From NCBI GenBank assembly GCA_046345095.1, contig JBKDKG010000045.1, forward strand, positions 1 to 39,382: a DNA stretch of 39,382 bases. Direction: 5' to 3'. The notes beneath the pieces were generated by a model, which ran no database searches, was not told the DNA's origin, and saw nothing but the letters and a program-made list of their open reading frames with translations. Of the stretch, positions 19,149 to 27,368 are shown one piece after another (positions within the stretch are counted from its first letter, which is position 1; every line of letters starts with the position of its first letter). The translations under genes and the position numbers were made by a program. The stretch is from Flavobacteriia bacterium (lineage in GTDB: Bacteria; Bacteroidota; Bacteroidia; Flavobacteriales_D; Crocinitomicaceae).

Positions 19149-19229
19149 TAAAACTACGAAAGAGCAAGTTAGATCTTAGGAAGAGAAGTGTTAGTTATGA
19201 GTGGAAGAATGTTGAAAACAGAAATAAAA

Positions 19230-20054
19230 TCAACGAATGAACCCTTTGTTTTTCAGGATGATCGACATTTCTTTTTGTAATTTTTCTACTTCAATTCTTG
19301 CCGCATTTGCAAAATCAGTTCCTTGAGAAGCATAAATGATTCCTCTAGAAGAATTGACAAGCAGACCACAATCTTTGTTCCATCCGTACTCTGCAACATC
19401 TTCCAATGAACCACCTTGAGCACCCACGCCAGGGACCAAGAAAAAATGATCAGGTACCAATCGACGCACCTCTCCAATCCCCTCTGCTCTGGTTGCTCCA
19501 ACAACGAACATTAAATTTTCAGCTGTTCCCCATTCTGAAGATTTGCGCAGCACTTTTTTGAATAATTCCTCTCCTTTGCTGTCTTGCGTCATTTGAAAAT
19601 CCAGCGCGCCTTTATTTGACGTTAACGCTAACAAGATCACCCATTTATTTTCAAATTCAAGGAAGGGTGTTACACTGTCCTCTCCCATGTAGGGCGCCAC
19701 TGTTACGGAATCACACTTCAAATAATCGTAAAATGTTTTTGCGTAATAAGTAGAAGTATTTCCGATATCACCGCGTTTTGCATCTGCGATAGTGAAGATG
19801 TTTTTTGGAATATAGTCTATTGTTTTTTGCAATGATTCCCAACCTTTCGGGCCATAACACTCGTAAAATGCAATGTTCGGTTTATAAGCAACCGCAAAAT
19901 CTTTGGTGGCGTCGATGATGGCTTTATTGAACTCAAAAATAGGATCTTCAGTTTCTAATAAATGTGCAGGAATTTTGGAGAGGTCAGTATCCAATCCTAC
20001 ACATAAAAATGATTCTTTTAATCGAATTTGTTCGATGAGTTCTTGCCTTGTCAT
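19230..20054 (-). CDS. pyrF: Orotidine 5'-phosphate decarboxylase (type 2)
   Basis: 274 aa with [16 protein letters not shown] and PGVGAQGG motifs. ATGA overlap with the prfA stop. Confidence 0.9.
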   Translation of the reverse strand: MTRQELIEQIRLKESFLCVGLDTDLSKIPAHLLETEDPIFEFNKAIIDATKDFAVAYKPNIAFYECYGPKGWESLQKTIDYIPKNIFTIADAKRGDIGNTSTYYAKTFYDYLKCDSVTVAPYMGEDSVTPFLEFENKWVILLALTSNKGALDFQMTQDSKGEELFKKVLRKSSEWGTAENLMFVVGATRAEGIGEVRRLVPDHFFLVPGVGAQGGSLEDVAEYGWNKDCGLLVNSSRGIIYASQGTDFANAARIEVEKLQKEMSIILKNKGFIR

Positions 20055-21136
20055 CCTGTAACTTCTTGTCCTTTCAATTTTTCAGCGTTTTCAGCCATTT
20101 TCAATGCATCAATCATTTCTTTTACATCCCCATTCATAAAAGCGCTGAGGTTGTACATTGTTTTATTGATTCGGTGATCAGTGATGCGACCTTGCGGATA
20201 ATTGTAGGTTCTAATCTTTGCCGATCTGTCACCTGTTGAAACAAGTGTTTTTCGCTGTGCTGCGCGTTCATTGTGAACACGATCTAATTCTGCTTGGTAC
20301 AATCTTGAGCGCAATACAGAGATCGCTTTCTCAAGGTTTTTATGTTGTGAGCGACCGTCCTGACATTCTACAACAACACCTGTTGGAATATGTGTCAATC
20401 GGATGGCTGATTCTGTTTTGTTAATGTGCTGTCCTCCAGCACCAGATGCTCGGAAAGTATCTTTGCGAACATCGTTCATGTCAAGGTCAAAATCAACTTC
20501 TTCTGCTTCCGGCAATACAGCAACTGTTATCGCAGAAGTATGGACTCGCCCTTGTGATTCAGTTTCAGGAACGCGCTGTACGCGGTGCACACCTGATTCG
20601 AATTTGAGCATGCCATAGATTCCTACACCCATGATTTCCAATGAGATCTCTTTGTAACCTTTGACTGAACCCTCCGAAGAGTTGAGCACATCGTATTGCC
20701 ATCCCATTTCTTTGAAGAACATGGTGTACATTCTGAAGCAATCTTCTACGAAGATACACGCCTCATCACCACCTGTTCCTGCCCTCAATTCCAAGATGGC
20801 ATTTTTATCATCTTCAGGATCTTTTGGGATAAGCATAAATTTAATTTCTTCTTCCAATTCTGGCCGACGATTTTCAAGCTCATCGATTTCCATTTTAGCC
20901 ATTTCCCGCATTTCGGGATCCGTTTCAATTTCAAGCAATTCTTTAGAACTGGATAAGTTGCCAAGCAAATTCTTGTAGTCCTTGTAAACCCTGTCGAGGT
21001 CTTCGAGTTCTTTGTATTCTTTGTTCAATTTCACATACCGATCCATGTCGGAAATGATGTCTGGATCGACAATCATTTTTCCAACTTCTACAAATCGAAA
21101 GTGGATGGCTTCGAGTTTTGACAATAGATCACTCAT
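20051..21136 (-). CDS. prfA: Peptide chain release factor 1
   Basis: 361 aa with the GGQ motif ([14 protein letters not shown]) and an RF1-type tripeptide region ([13 protein letters not shown]). Confidence 0.95.
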   Translation of the reverse strand: MSDLLSKLEAIHFRFVEVGKMIVDPDIISDMDRYVKLNKEYKELEDLDRVYKDYKNLLGNLSSSKELLEIETDPEMREMAKMEIDELENRRPELEEEIKFMLIPKDPEDDKNAILELRAGTGGDEACIFVEDCFRMYTMFFKEMGWQYDVLNSSEGSVKGYKEISLEIMGVGIYGMLKFESGVHRVQRVPETESQGRVHTSAITVAVLPEAEEVDFDLDMNDVRKDTFRASGAGGQHINKTESAIRLTHIPTGVVVECQDGRSQHKNLEKAISVLRSRLYQAELDRVHNERAAQRKTLVSTGDRSAKIRTYNYPQGRITDHRINKTMYNLSAFMNGDVKEMIDALKMAENAEKLKGQEVTG

Positions 21137-21208
21137 CGATTAATGGTAGATAAATTCACCAAACGGTGAAGTGATAGTTAATTTTTTTCCTGCGTTTTCT
21201 TCAACTCT

Positions 21209-22309
21209 TCAAACGATTTGCGCATCAATATTGAATGACTTTGAAATTTCAATGATAGATGCCGCGTGTTCTGGTGCAACATAAATTTCCATGCGGTGTC
21301 CCATGTTGAAGACTTTGTACATTTCCTTCCATTCAGTTTTCGACTCTTCTTGAATCAATTTGAATAAAGGGGGCACTGGAAATAGGTTGTCTTTAATGAT
21401 ATGGACATTGTCTACAAAGTGCAGCACTTTTGTTTGAGCACCACCTGAACAATGCACCATTCCATGCACATCTTCACGGTGATTGTCCAATATACTTTTG
21501 ATAACTGGAGCATAGGTTCGAGTAGGAGACAGGACCAATTTCCCGGCATCAATAGGAGATCCTTCAACGCTATCAGTTAATTTTTTTGATCCTGAGTAAA
21601 CCAAATCTTTCGGAACACTTGGGTCGAAACTTTCTGGGAAATCTGAAGCAAGACTATGATTAAATACATCATGACGGGCTGATGTTAATCCATTACTTCC
21701 CATACCGCCGTTGTATTCTTTTTCGTAGCTGGCTTGTCCAAAAGAGGCCAATCCAACAATTAAATCTCCCGGTTGAATAGTGTGGTTTGAAATCACATCG
21801 CTGCGTTTCATTCTGCAGACAACTGTTGAATCAACGATAATAGTTCGCACTAAATCACCAACATCGGCAGTTTCACCACCTGTGGAATGGATGCCTATTC
21901 CTTGGTTGCGAAGTTCTTCAAGAAGTTCTTCAGTACCGTTTATTATTGCAGAAATTACTTCCCCAGGAATCAGGTTTTTGTTTCTGCCAATTGTAGAAGA
22001 CAATAGAATTTTGTCTGTTGCACCCACGCAAAGTAAATCATCAATATTCATGATTAAAGCATCCTGAGCGATTCCTTTCCATACAGAAATGTCACCTGTT
22101 TGCTTCCAATACATATAGGCCAATGAAGATTTCGTTCCAGCCCCGTCAGCATGCATAACAATGCAATAGTCTTCATCTCCGGAAAGATAATCTGGCACGA
22201 TCTTGCAGAAAGCCTGAGGAAATAAACCTTTGTCTACATTTTTGATTGCATTGTGAACATCTTCTTTTCCTGCTGAAACGCCTCGGAGGTTATAACGGGT
22301 ATCTGCCAT
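21209..22309 (-). CDS. purM: AIR synthase (PurM) family protein, probable phosphoribosylformylglycinamidine cyclo-ligase
   Basis: The first ATG is at 22309 (MADTRYNLRGVSAGKEDV...); the track's 22363 start is a TTG, and a TAnnTTTG box lies inside that extension. The protein shows PurM-like N and C domains (HADGAGTKS, GGETAD). Confidence 0.75.
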   Translation of the reverse strand: MADTRYNLRGVSAGKEDVHNAIKNVDKGLFPQAFCKIVPDYLSGDEDYCIVMHADGAGTKSSLAYMYWKQTGDISVWKGIAQDALIMNIDDLLCVGATDKILLSSTIGRNKNLIPGEVISAIINGTEELLEELRNQGIGIHSTGGETADVGDLVRTIIVDSTVVCRMKRSDVISNHTIQPGDLIVGLASFGQASYEKEYNGGMGSNGLTSARHDVFNHSLASDFPESFDPSVPKDLVYSGSKKLTDSVEGSPIDAGKLVLSPTRTYAPVIKSILDNHREDVHGMVHCSGGAQTKVLHFVDNVHIIKDNLFPVPPLFKLIQEESKTEWKEMYKVFNMGHRMEIYVAPEHAASIIEISKSFNIDAQIV

Positions 22310-22326
22310 GCCAATTAATTGAAGCG

Positions 22327-22334
22327 CAAAGATA
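22327..22334 (-). promoter_or_regulatory. -7 promoter box TATCTTTG (minus strand) for purM
   Basis: The plus strand reads CAAAGATA. It lies 17 nt upstream of the ATG at 22309, which supports the shorter start. Confidence 0.45.
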
Positions 22335-22405
22335 GGAAGGAATTGAAAACTGACAATGTCCAATGTCCTCCATGATTGTTATTTACAAGTAATTCTATTC
22401 ACGAA

Positions 22406-23152
22406 TTACTCAAAATCATCATCTATAAAAGTTTTTGCAGAAGTGGCTACTAACGAATGGATTTCATTCATTTCAGTCGGATTTAAATAACGCCATTTGC
22501 CCACAGGAACATCCAAAACGATGTTCATAATTCGGATGCGTTTTAATTTAACCACTTTATAATCAAGGAATTCACACATTCTTCGTATCTGTCTGTTCAG
22601 TCCTTGGGTAAGAATAATTGTAAACGTATACGGGTTATTTTGTCTTACATAGCATTCACGCGTGATGGTATCTAAAATGGGAACACCTTTACTCATTTTA
22701 TCAATAAAATCTTGAGTAATTGGCTTATTAACTGTTACAATGTATTCTTTTTCATGGTTGTTTCGAGCGCGAAGTATTTTGTTCACAATATCACCATCAT
22801 TTGTAAGAAAAATCAATCCTTCACTAGGTTTATCCAAACGTCCAATTGGGAAGATCCTTTTCGGATGATTGATGAAATCGATGATATTGTCTTTTTCCCG
22901 AGAATTATCAGTTGTACAAACGATGCCAACAGGTTTGTTGAAGGCGATATAAATGAACTCTTCTTTTGGAGCAGTAATGAGTTTCCCATCCACGCAAACC
23001 TCGTCTCCCGGAGTGATTTTCGTTCCCATTTCAGGCACTAGACCATTGATTGTGACTCTGCCTTGCTCAATGAGTTTGTCGGCAGCGCGTCTTGAACAAA
23101 ATCCTGCTTCGCTTAGGTATTTATTTATTCTTGTTGATGTTAAATCGTCCAT
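22406..23152 (-). CDS. rluF: 23S rRNA pseudouridine synthase, RluF type (S4 domain plus RsuA-family catalytic domain)
   Basis: 248 aa with [30 protein letters not shown] (S4), the catalytic [23 protein letters not shown] and [11 protein letters not shown]. By my recollection it is closely collinear with E. coli RluF. Confidence 0.88.
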   Translation of the reverse strand: MDDLTSTRINKYLSEAGFCSRRAADKLIEQGRVTINGLVPEMGTKITPGDEVCVDGKLITAPKEEFIYIAFNKPVGIVCTTDNSREKDNIIDFINHPKRIFPIGRLDKPSEGLIFLTNDGDIVNKILRARNNHEKEYIVTVNKPITQDFIDKMSKGVPILDTITRECYVRQNNPYTFTIILTQGLNRQIRRMCEFLDYKVVKLKRIRIMNIVLDVPVGKWRYLNPTEMNEIHSLVATSAKTFIDDDFE

Positions 23153-23174
23153 GTTTCATTAAATCATGCGATTT

Positions 23175-23182
23175 CAAAGATA
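23175..23182 (-). promoter_or_regulatory. -7 promoter box TATCTTTG (minus strand) for rluF
   Basis: The plus strand reads CAAAGATA. It lies 22 nt upstream of the rluF ATG (23152). Confidence 0.45.
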
Positions 23183-23212
23183 TAGAAAGCTATAATAATT
23201 GTTCATCGCTGT

Positions 23213-24355
23213 CTAAAAACCATTCAAATTGATATCCTTTGAATCGACCATTGTGACCCATTTTTTCATCTTCTTTTGAATTACTCGGAAATGGTTTTGT
23301 TCATCGGGTGTGATCAGCGAAATTGCCTCACCCGGATTTTCAGCGCGACCTGTGCGGCCAATGCGGTGCACATAATCTTTCGGCGAACGGGGTAACTCGT
23401 AGTTTATTACGTAGGGCAAGAACTGAATATCAATTCCACGCGCAATGAGATCAGTTGCTACTAATACACGCATGTGTCCTCCCTTGAAGCTTTTAAGCGC
23501 TTTGGTTCTGGCTTCTTGGCTTTTCTTGCTGTGAATGGAAGTTGCCTCGATACCATTTTTCCTTAATTTTTCTGCAACATTTTCCGTTTGGTAAATGGAA
23601 GAAGTAAACACGAGCACTTGTTTCATGTCATTGTGCTTGATGAGGTAGCGCAATAAGGGGCCTTTGCGTTCTTCACTAACGAAATACCCAACTTGGTTGA
23701 TTAAGTCAATGTTTTCCTGTTCGGCTTCAATTTTTATGACGACAGGCTCGTGCAATAAAACGCGAGTAATACTGCTTACATCATCGTTTAATGTGGCAGA
23801 AAAAAGTAAGTTTTGTCGTTTCTTAGGAAGTAATTTTAAAATTCTATCTACTTCATCTTGGAAACCAAGATTCAACATTTTATCCGCCTCATCTAATACC
23901 AGTGCATCCAAGTCTTCGAAGTGAACGGCATTTGAATCAATTAATTCCAGCAATCGCCCGGGTGTTGCGACTAAAACATGTACACCTCTCAAATTTTTCA
24001 TTTGAGGATTCACAGAAACACCCCCGTAAACGGCCATTGAGCGGATGGGACTTTCCAAGCTCGATCCAAAAAGATGAAAAACTTCCTGTACCTGAATGGC
24101 AAGTTCTCTCGTGGGAACCAGCACCAAAACATTTATATGCCTATTTTTTGCACTTGTTTTCCCTTCTAAATTTTGAAGAAGCGGTAAAACATAGCTCGCT
24201 GTTTTTCCAGATCCGGTTTGTGCAATTCCTAAAACATCTCGCTTCTTTAGGATTTGAGGAATCGCTTCCTTTTGAATGGGATATGGTTCAGTGAAACCAT
24301 TTTTTTTGATTGTGCGATTGAGAAACTCTGAAATTCCTAACGAAGAAAAGGACAT
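23213..24355 (-). CDS. DEAD-box ATP-dependent RNA helicase (short, RhlE-like core only)
   Basis: Q motif, AQTGSGKT, PTRELA, DEAD, SAT and HRIGRTGRA are all present. The first ATG is at 24355; the track's 24376 start is the TTG inside a TAnnTTTG box. Confidence 0.92.
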   Translation of the reverse strand: MSFSSLGISEFLNRTIKKNGFTEPYPIQKEAIPQILKKRDVLGIAQTGSGKTASYVLPLLQNLEGKTSAKNRHINVLVLVPTRELAIQVQEVFHLFGSSLESPIRSMAVYGGVSVNPQMKNLRGVHVLVATPGRLLELIDSNAVHFEDLDALVLDEADKMLNLGFQDEVDRILKLLPKKRQNLLFSATLNDDVSSITRVLLHEPVVIKIEAEQENIDLINQVGYFVSEERKGPLLRYLIKHNDMKQVLVFTSSIYQTENVAEKLRKNGIEATSIHSKKSQEARTKALKSFKGGHMRVLVATDLIARGIDIQFLPYVINYELPRSPKDYVHRIGRTGRAENPGEAISLITPDEQNHFRVIQKKMKKWVTMVDSKDINLNGF

Positions 24356-24373
24356 AAAATCTTGTTTGAGATT

Positions 24374-24381
24374 CAAAGGTA
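24374..24381 (-). promoter_or_regulatory. -7 promoter box TACCTTTG (minus strand) for the DEAD-box helicase gene
   Basis: The plus strand reads CAAAGGTA. It lies 18 nt upstream of the ATG at 24355. Confidence 0.45.
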
Positions 24382-24487
24382 CACTTTTATAAAATCGAAA
24401 TTCTACAGGAGGTTAACGAATGATACTTCTTCGAAATAAAGGCATCTCTTTAAACAATATAAAATGTACTTCTTGGCAACTAAAAGT

Positions 24488-24530
24488 AAGGAAGGAATTG
24501 AGTTTTTCAATGTGGCTCAATTCCTTCCTT
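24488..24530 (-). terminator. Long perfect hairpin terminating the padR-membrane protein operon
   Basis: AAGGAAGGAATTGAG (24488-24502) pairs perfectly with CTCAATTCCTTCCTT (24516-24530), a 15-bp stem with a 13-nt loop. On the minus strand it starts 13 nt after the stop at 24543 and is followed by ACUUUUAGUU. Confidence 0.7.
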
Positions 24531-24542
24531 GTAAGATTATCG

Positions 24543-25760
24543 TTATGAATTCGTTGAAATTTTCTCAATCATTCTCACGTTGAGCATAAGTAGATTTAAA
24601 TTGCGCAGAATAGTAGCAAGAGTTACATGTGAAAAGTTTGTTTCTTCCCAAGTCAAAAGTTCCTCTTGTGGGTCACCGTATCTGTGTGTATCGTTGGTTT
24701 CTAAAAAAGGAATAGAAACCAATCCTGTTTGACTTTTAACTAATTTTTCATAGGATTTCAATTCTTGTTTCAACGATATGAGTCCTTGAATAGGTTTGCC
24801 AGTTTCATTAAATAAAGTTTCATAGGGTGTTTCAAGATTTTCGCCATAAATTCTAATAATTTCTCCTTCTTTCAACCCTGCCTCATCCGTTGGAATTTTT
24901 GAAATTAAATGGTCTTTAACAAGTTGAATATTCTGACAGATAATGTTGCTAGATTCTTGAATCATTTGAACTGAAACACTGTCTGTTGCAAATGAAGACG
25001 CGTCTAATCCATTTGAAAGTTCCGCCGAAGATTGCAATAAATCGTCAGTATGGTGAATGCTTTCATCTAGCCATTTACTATTTCTCAGACTTGTCAATGA
25101 AAACAGGATTCCGCAGGCAACCAAAATGAGTATGGATGAAACGATTGTATTGACTTTCGTTTCAGCATTTCGAATCCCTCCAAAAAAGAAAATAGGAAGA
25201 AAAAGAAAGAAAAGTATGCCTAAAGAACTCAACCACATGATGTTTGCTCCAGGCCAATGCATGATCTTGAAAAGGGCCGCTAAACTGATTAGTATTCCGA
25301 ATACAGTTGCAATTCCGATGGTAATTATATCCCTTTTTGCCGAGACTTCTTTTACCTTAAAGACAAATAAAATGGGCAAGAATATAAAGCTCAAGACTGT
25401 AATTGAGATCACGATAAGGAAACTTGCTCCAGGCCAGTGCATAGACTTGAAAAACGCACCTACTATAAATAAAAATGCGGTGAATGTTCCGCTGATTAAC
25501 ATGACTTTTTTCATGGCATAATAATGTTTGAATGTGAGTAATAAATTTGTTTCTTCCTGAATTTCACGGAGGTCACGTTTGAAAAATCGCGGCACGACCT
25601 TATGATAGAAATTCTCAAAGTCTTGTTCGGGCGACATTTCCTCCTCGATCATGCAGCAAATATGGTCGAGAAGGCTTAATCTAAGTTCTTCCGAATCAAT
25701 TCCATTTGCTTTCAGATCTTCGAGTATAAAAGCAACTTGCTCATGACTCAATTGGATCAT
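24543..25760 (-). CDS. PadR-coupled 5-TM membrane protein with a duplicated FKxMHWPGA hairpin and a roughly 180-aa extracytoplasmic C-terminal domain
   Basis: 405 aa. The ATG overlaps the padR stop (ATGA). Soluble N-domain is about 80 aa. TM hairpins at aa 84-140 and 142-200 are tandem copies (GAFFKSMHWPGAS and AALFKIMHWPGAN). A fifth TM follows, then a C-terminal domain ending in WEETNFSHVTLATILRNLNLLMLNVRMIE. Confidence 0.8.
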   Translation of the reverse strand: MIQLSHEQVAFILEDLKANGIDSEELRLSLLDHICCMIEEEMSPEQDFENFYHKVVPRFFKRDLREIQEETNLLLTFKHYYAMKKVMLISGTFTAFLFIVGAFFKSMHWPGASFLIVISITVLSFIFLPILFVFKVKEVSAKRDIITIGIATVFGILISLAALFKIMHWPGANIMWLSSLGILFFLFLPIFFFGGIRNAETKVNTIVSSILILVACGILFSLTSLRNSKWLDESIHHTDDLLQSSAELSNGLDASSFATDSVSVQMIQESSNIICQNIQLVKDHLISKIPTDEAGLKEGEIIRIYGENLETPYETLFNETGKPIQGLISLKQELKSYEKLVKSQTGLVSIPFLETNDTHRYGDPQEELLTWEETNFSHVTLATILRNLNLLMLNVRMIEKISTNS

Positions 25761-26101
25761 GCATTGCCCATTTTTGGTTTTAAGTCCAACAGAAATATCA
25801 TGGTATTCATGAAGTCTGAGAACTCATTCACCTTTTCATCAGCCATCAATTTGCCAGAGGAGGTCACGGTATAGTACTTTCGTAAGCGGTTTCCTACATT
25901 AACCACTTCGGTAGTCAGAATCCCCTGTGCCTCCAGTGCATGCAATGTAGGGTACAATGCGCCTTCGGTCAGTTGAATTTTTCCACCTGTCAGTTCCTTT
26001 ACCTTTTGTGTGATTTCATAACCATACATTCTTTTCTCTTCTGACAGTAACTTTAAAATGATCGTTTTTAAAGTTCCTTTAATTAACTCTGATGAATACA
26101 T
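25757..26101 (-). CDS. PadR family transcriptional regulator
   Basis: 114 aa winged-helix protein with MYGYEITQKVKELTGGKIQLTEGALYPTLHALEAQGIL, the typical PadR recognition region. Confidence 0.9.
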   Translation of the reverse strand: MYSSELIKGTLKTIILKLLSEEKRMYGYEITQKVKELTGGKIQLTEGALYPTLHALEAQGILTTEVVNVGNRLRKYYTVTSSGKLMADEKVNEFSDFMNTMIFLLDLKPKMGNA

Positions 26102-26105
26102 AACG

Positions 26106-26113
26106 CAAATATA
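26106..26113 (-). promoter_or_regulatory. -7 promoter box TATATTTG (minus strand) for padR
   Basis: The plus strand reads CAAATATA. The box ends 4 nt before the padR ATG (26101), a leaderless configuration. Confidence 0.5.
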
Positions 26114-26126
26114 TACAATAGTAACA

Positions 26127-26153
26127 TAAATACATAAGAAAATTATGTATTTA
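26127..26153. promoter_or_regulatory. Candidate PadR operator: perfect palindrome TAAATACATAA-GAAAA-TTATGTATTTA
   Basis: 11-nt arms (26127-26137 and 26143-26153) with a 5-nt spacer. It contains ACAT/ATGT half sites and lies 14-40 nt upstream of the -7 box, over the expected -33 region. Confidence 0.55.
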
Positions 26154-26193
26154 ATTTTTTGACCTTTAAAAGTAAAAACGGAATACTACGCTA

Positions 26194-26214
26194 CGCAGGA
26201 TTTGCAATCCTTCG
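26194..26214. repeat. REP-like palindrome copy a (CGCAGGATT-TGC-AATCCTTCG, right arm 1 mismatch)
   Basis: Read directly from the sequence. It belongs to the CCGCAGGATT-N3-AATCCTGCGG family. Confidence 0.7.
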
Positions 26215-26249
26215 GGAGATAACTATTCTAAAAGAGTAACGCACTGAAA

Positions 26250-26335
26250 TGCCGCAGGATTCACTTCGTGTCTTCTTCGAGGTGCAAATACAGCGGATCG
26301 GTAGTTCCGAACACCTTTAATAGCAAATCCTGCGG
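26250..26335. repeat. Composite repeat unit b: arms CCGCAGGATT (26252-26261) and AATCCTGCGG (26326-26335) enclosing 64 nt
   Basis: Perfect 10-nt inverted arms. The first 34 nt (26250-26283) recur at 27208-27241 with 32/34 identity. Confidence 0.7.
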
Positions 26336-26486
26336 AGCCGAGAACTATAATTGCAACCAGAGCTCAGAAGAATTTAGCGAGTTAACAATAACTATCACTT
26401 CGCTCGAAAGGATTAATCTTTCGAGGCGGATTATTAGACCTTTTCAAACTTTTCCTATTCGCAATTGTTTTTCATTAAAATTAATC

Positions 26487-27113
26487 ATGGGTTTACGACA
26501 GATAGATCGCTCAGAAATAGAAAAAATGGACCGTATTCAACGTCTTAATTTGGTGAATAGTTGTACTGGTTATAAATCCGCTAATCTCATTGCAACGATT
26601 TCCAAAGAAGGACAAACCAATGTTGCCGTATTTTCGAGTGTAACGCATCTGGGAAGTGACCCCGCGCTAATCAGTTTTACACTTCGGCCGACTACTGTGC
26701 CACGACACACCTATCAGAATATTAAGGAAAACGGCTATTTTTCAATCAACCACATCTCTGCGGAACAAATTGCAGATGCACATCACACTTCAGCTGCTTA
26801 TCCGGAAGAGATCAGCGAATTCGACCAAACCAATCTGGAACCCGTTTACCACAATGATTGTCCAGTGCCGTTTGTGAAAGGGAGCCCCGTTAAATTATTG
26901 TGCAAGTATGCAAACGAATACGTGATAAAAGAAAATGGTTGCATTCTTGTCGTCGCGTCTATTGAGGCTGTTTTTTATGAAGAGGAATTGCTGACTTCAG
27001 ATAAGTGGCTCCAACTCGAAAAAGGAAAGGTGGTAGCCATCAATGGGTTGGATGGTTATGCTTTGCCGGAGTTGCTTGAGCGGTTTGCTTTTGCAAGACC
27101 GAAGACGAGTTGA
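26487..27113 (+). CDS. Flavin reductase family protein (FMN-binding split barrel)
   Basis: The first ATG is at 26487 (MGLRQIDRSEIEKMDRIQRLNLVNSCTGYKSANLIAT...). The track's 26268 GTG start reads through the palindromic repeats. At 208 aa, length and N-terminal pattern fit the flavin reductase-like domain family. Confidence 0.7.
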   Translation: MGLRQIDRSEIEKMDRIQRLNLVNSCTGYKSANLIATISKEGQTNVAVFSSVTHLGSDPALISFTLRPTTVPRHTYQNIKENGYFSINHISAEQIADAHHTSAAYPEEISEFDQTNLEPVYHNDCPVPFVKGSPVKLLCKYANEYVIKENGCILVVASIEAVFYEEELLTSDKWLQLEKGKVVAINGLDGYALPELLERFAFARPKTS

Positions 27114-27148
27114 ATATTACTGTTTCGATTCAGTTCCCCAACTTCGCT

Positions 27149-27171
27149 CCGCAGTATTTGTAATACTGCGG
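27149..27171. repeat. REP-like palindrome copy c (CCGCAGTATT-TGT-AATACTGCGG) with a compensatory arm change
   Basis: Perfect 10-nt arms. A G-to-T change in the left arm is matched by a C-to-A change in the right arm relative to the family consensus. Confidence 0.75.
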
Positions 27172-27207
27172 GAGACAACAATGCTAAAAAAAACTGCTTT
27201 ACTAAGT

Positions 27208-27270
27208 TGCCGCAGGTTTCACTTTGTGTCTTCTTCGAGGTCACGCTTCGCAGGATTTGCAATCCTGCGG
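27208..27270. repeat. Composite repeat unit d/e: 34-nt direct repeat of 26250-26283 followed by the palindrome CGCAGGATT-TGC-AATCCTGCG (27249-27269)
   Basis: Read directly from the sequence. The direct repeat is 32/34 identical, and the unit opens with CCGCAGGTTT and closes with AATCCTGCGG. Confidence 0.7.
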
Positions 27271-27312
27271 AAAATTGTTGAAGCACTATGAAAGAATTCA
27301 GGTGTTTGTATT

Positions 27313-27335
27313 CCGCAGGATTGCAAATCCTGCGG
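27313..27335. repeat. REP-like palindrome copy f (CCGCAGGATT-GCA-AATCCTGCGG)
   Basis: Perfect 10-nt arms. The loop GCA is the reverse complement of the TGC loop of copies a and e, so this copy is in the opposite orientation. It lies 34 nt beyond the topB stop. Confidence 0.75.
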
Positions 27336-27368
27336 AGCGGATGTCATAAATTTACAATAATTTGTTGA

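Noticed and set aside
20051-20054. The prfA-pyrF ATGA overlap (unrelated functions translationally coupled), and a possible programmed frameshift in the release factor gene.
   Set aside because: The overlap is ordinary compact gene packing. The gene is RF1 (PxT-type region, single uninterrupted frame), not RF2, so no frameshift site is expected or seen.
21150-21175. Hairpin TTCACC-AAAC-GGTGAA between purM and prfA as a terminator.
   Set aside because: The stem is only 6 bp and is followed by a weak U-tract on the minus strand. It lies 30-40 nt upstream of prfA, and read-through is equally plausible. It is too weak to call.
22310-22363. Upstream extensions of purM (to 22363), the DEAD-box helicase (to 24376), the SprB-repeat gene (to 12093) and the small secreted protein (from 35434).
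   Set aside because: All four start at TTG or GTG codons that the track translates as M. In three cases (purM, the DEAD-box helicase and the small secreted protein) a TAnnTTTG promoter box lies inside or overlapping the extension. The first ATG gives a canonical N-terminus, such as a signal peptide or a conserved family start.
26268-26486. N-terminal 73-aa extension of the flavin reductase ORF (track start 26268).
   Set aside because: It begins at a GTG inside the repeat unit and translates straight through the palindromic REP-like elements into a Cys/Ser/Asn-rich sequence that does not look like protein. The first ATG (26487) gives a normal-length flavin reductase.
27043-27291. 82-aa plus-strand and 76-aa minus-strand ORFs (27043-27291 and 27056-27286) in the flavin reductase-topB spacer.
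   Set aside because: Both are mirror-image read-throughs of palindromic repeats, which automatically keep both strands open. They lack start context, their composition is not protein-like, and they overlap the 3' end of a real gene.
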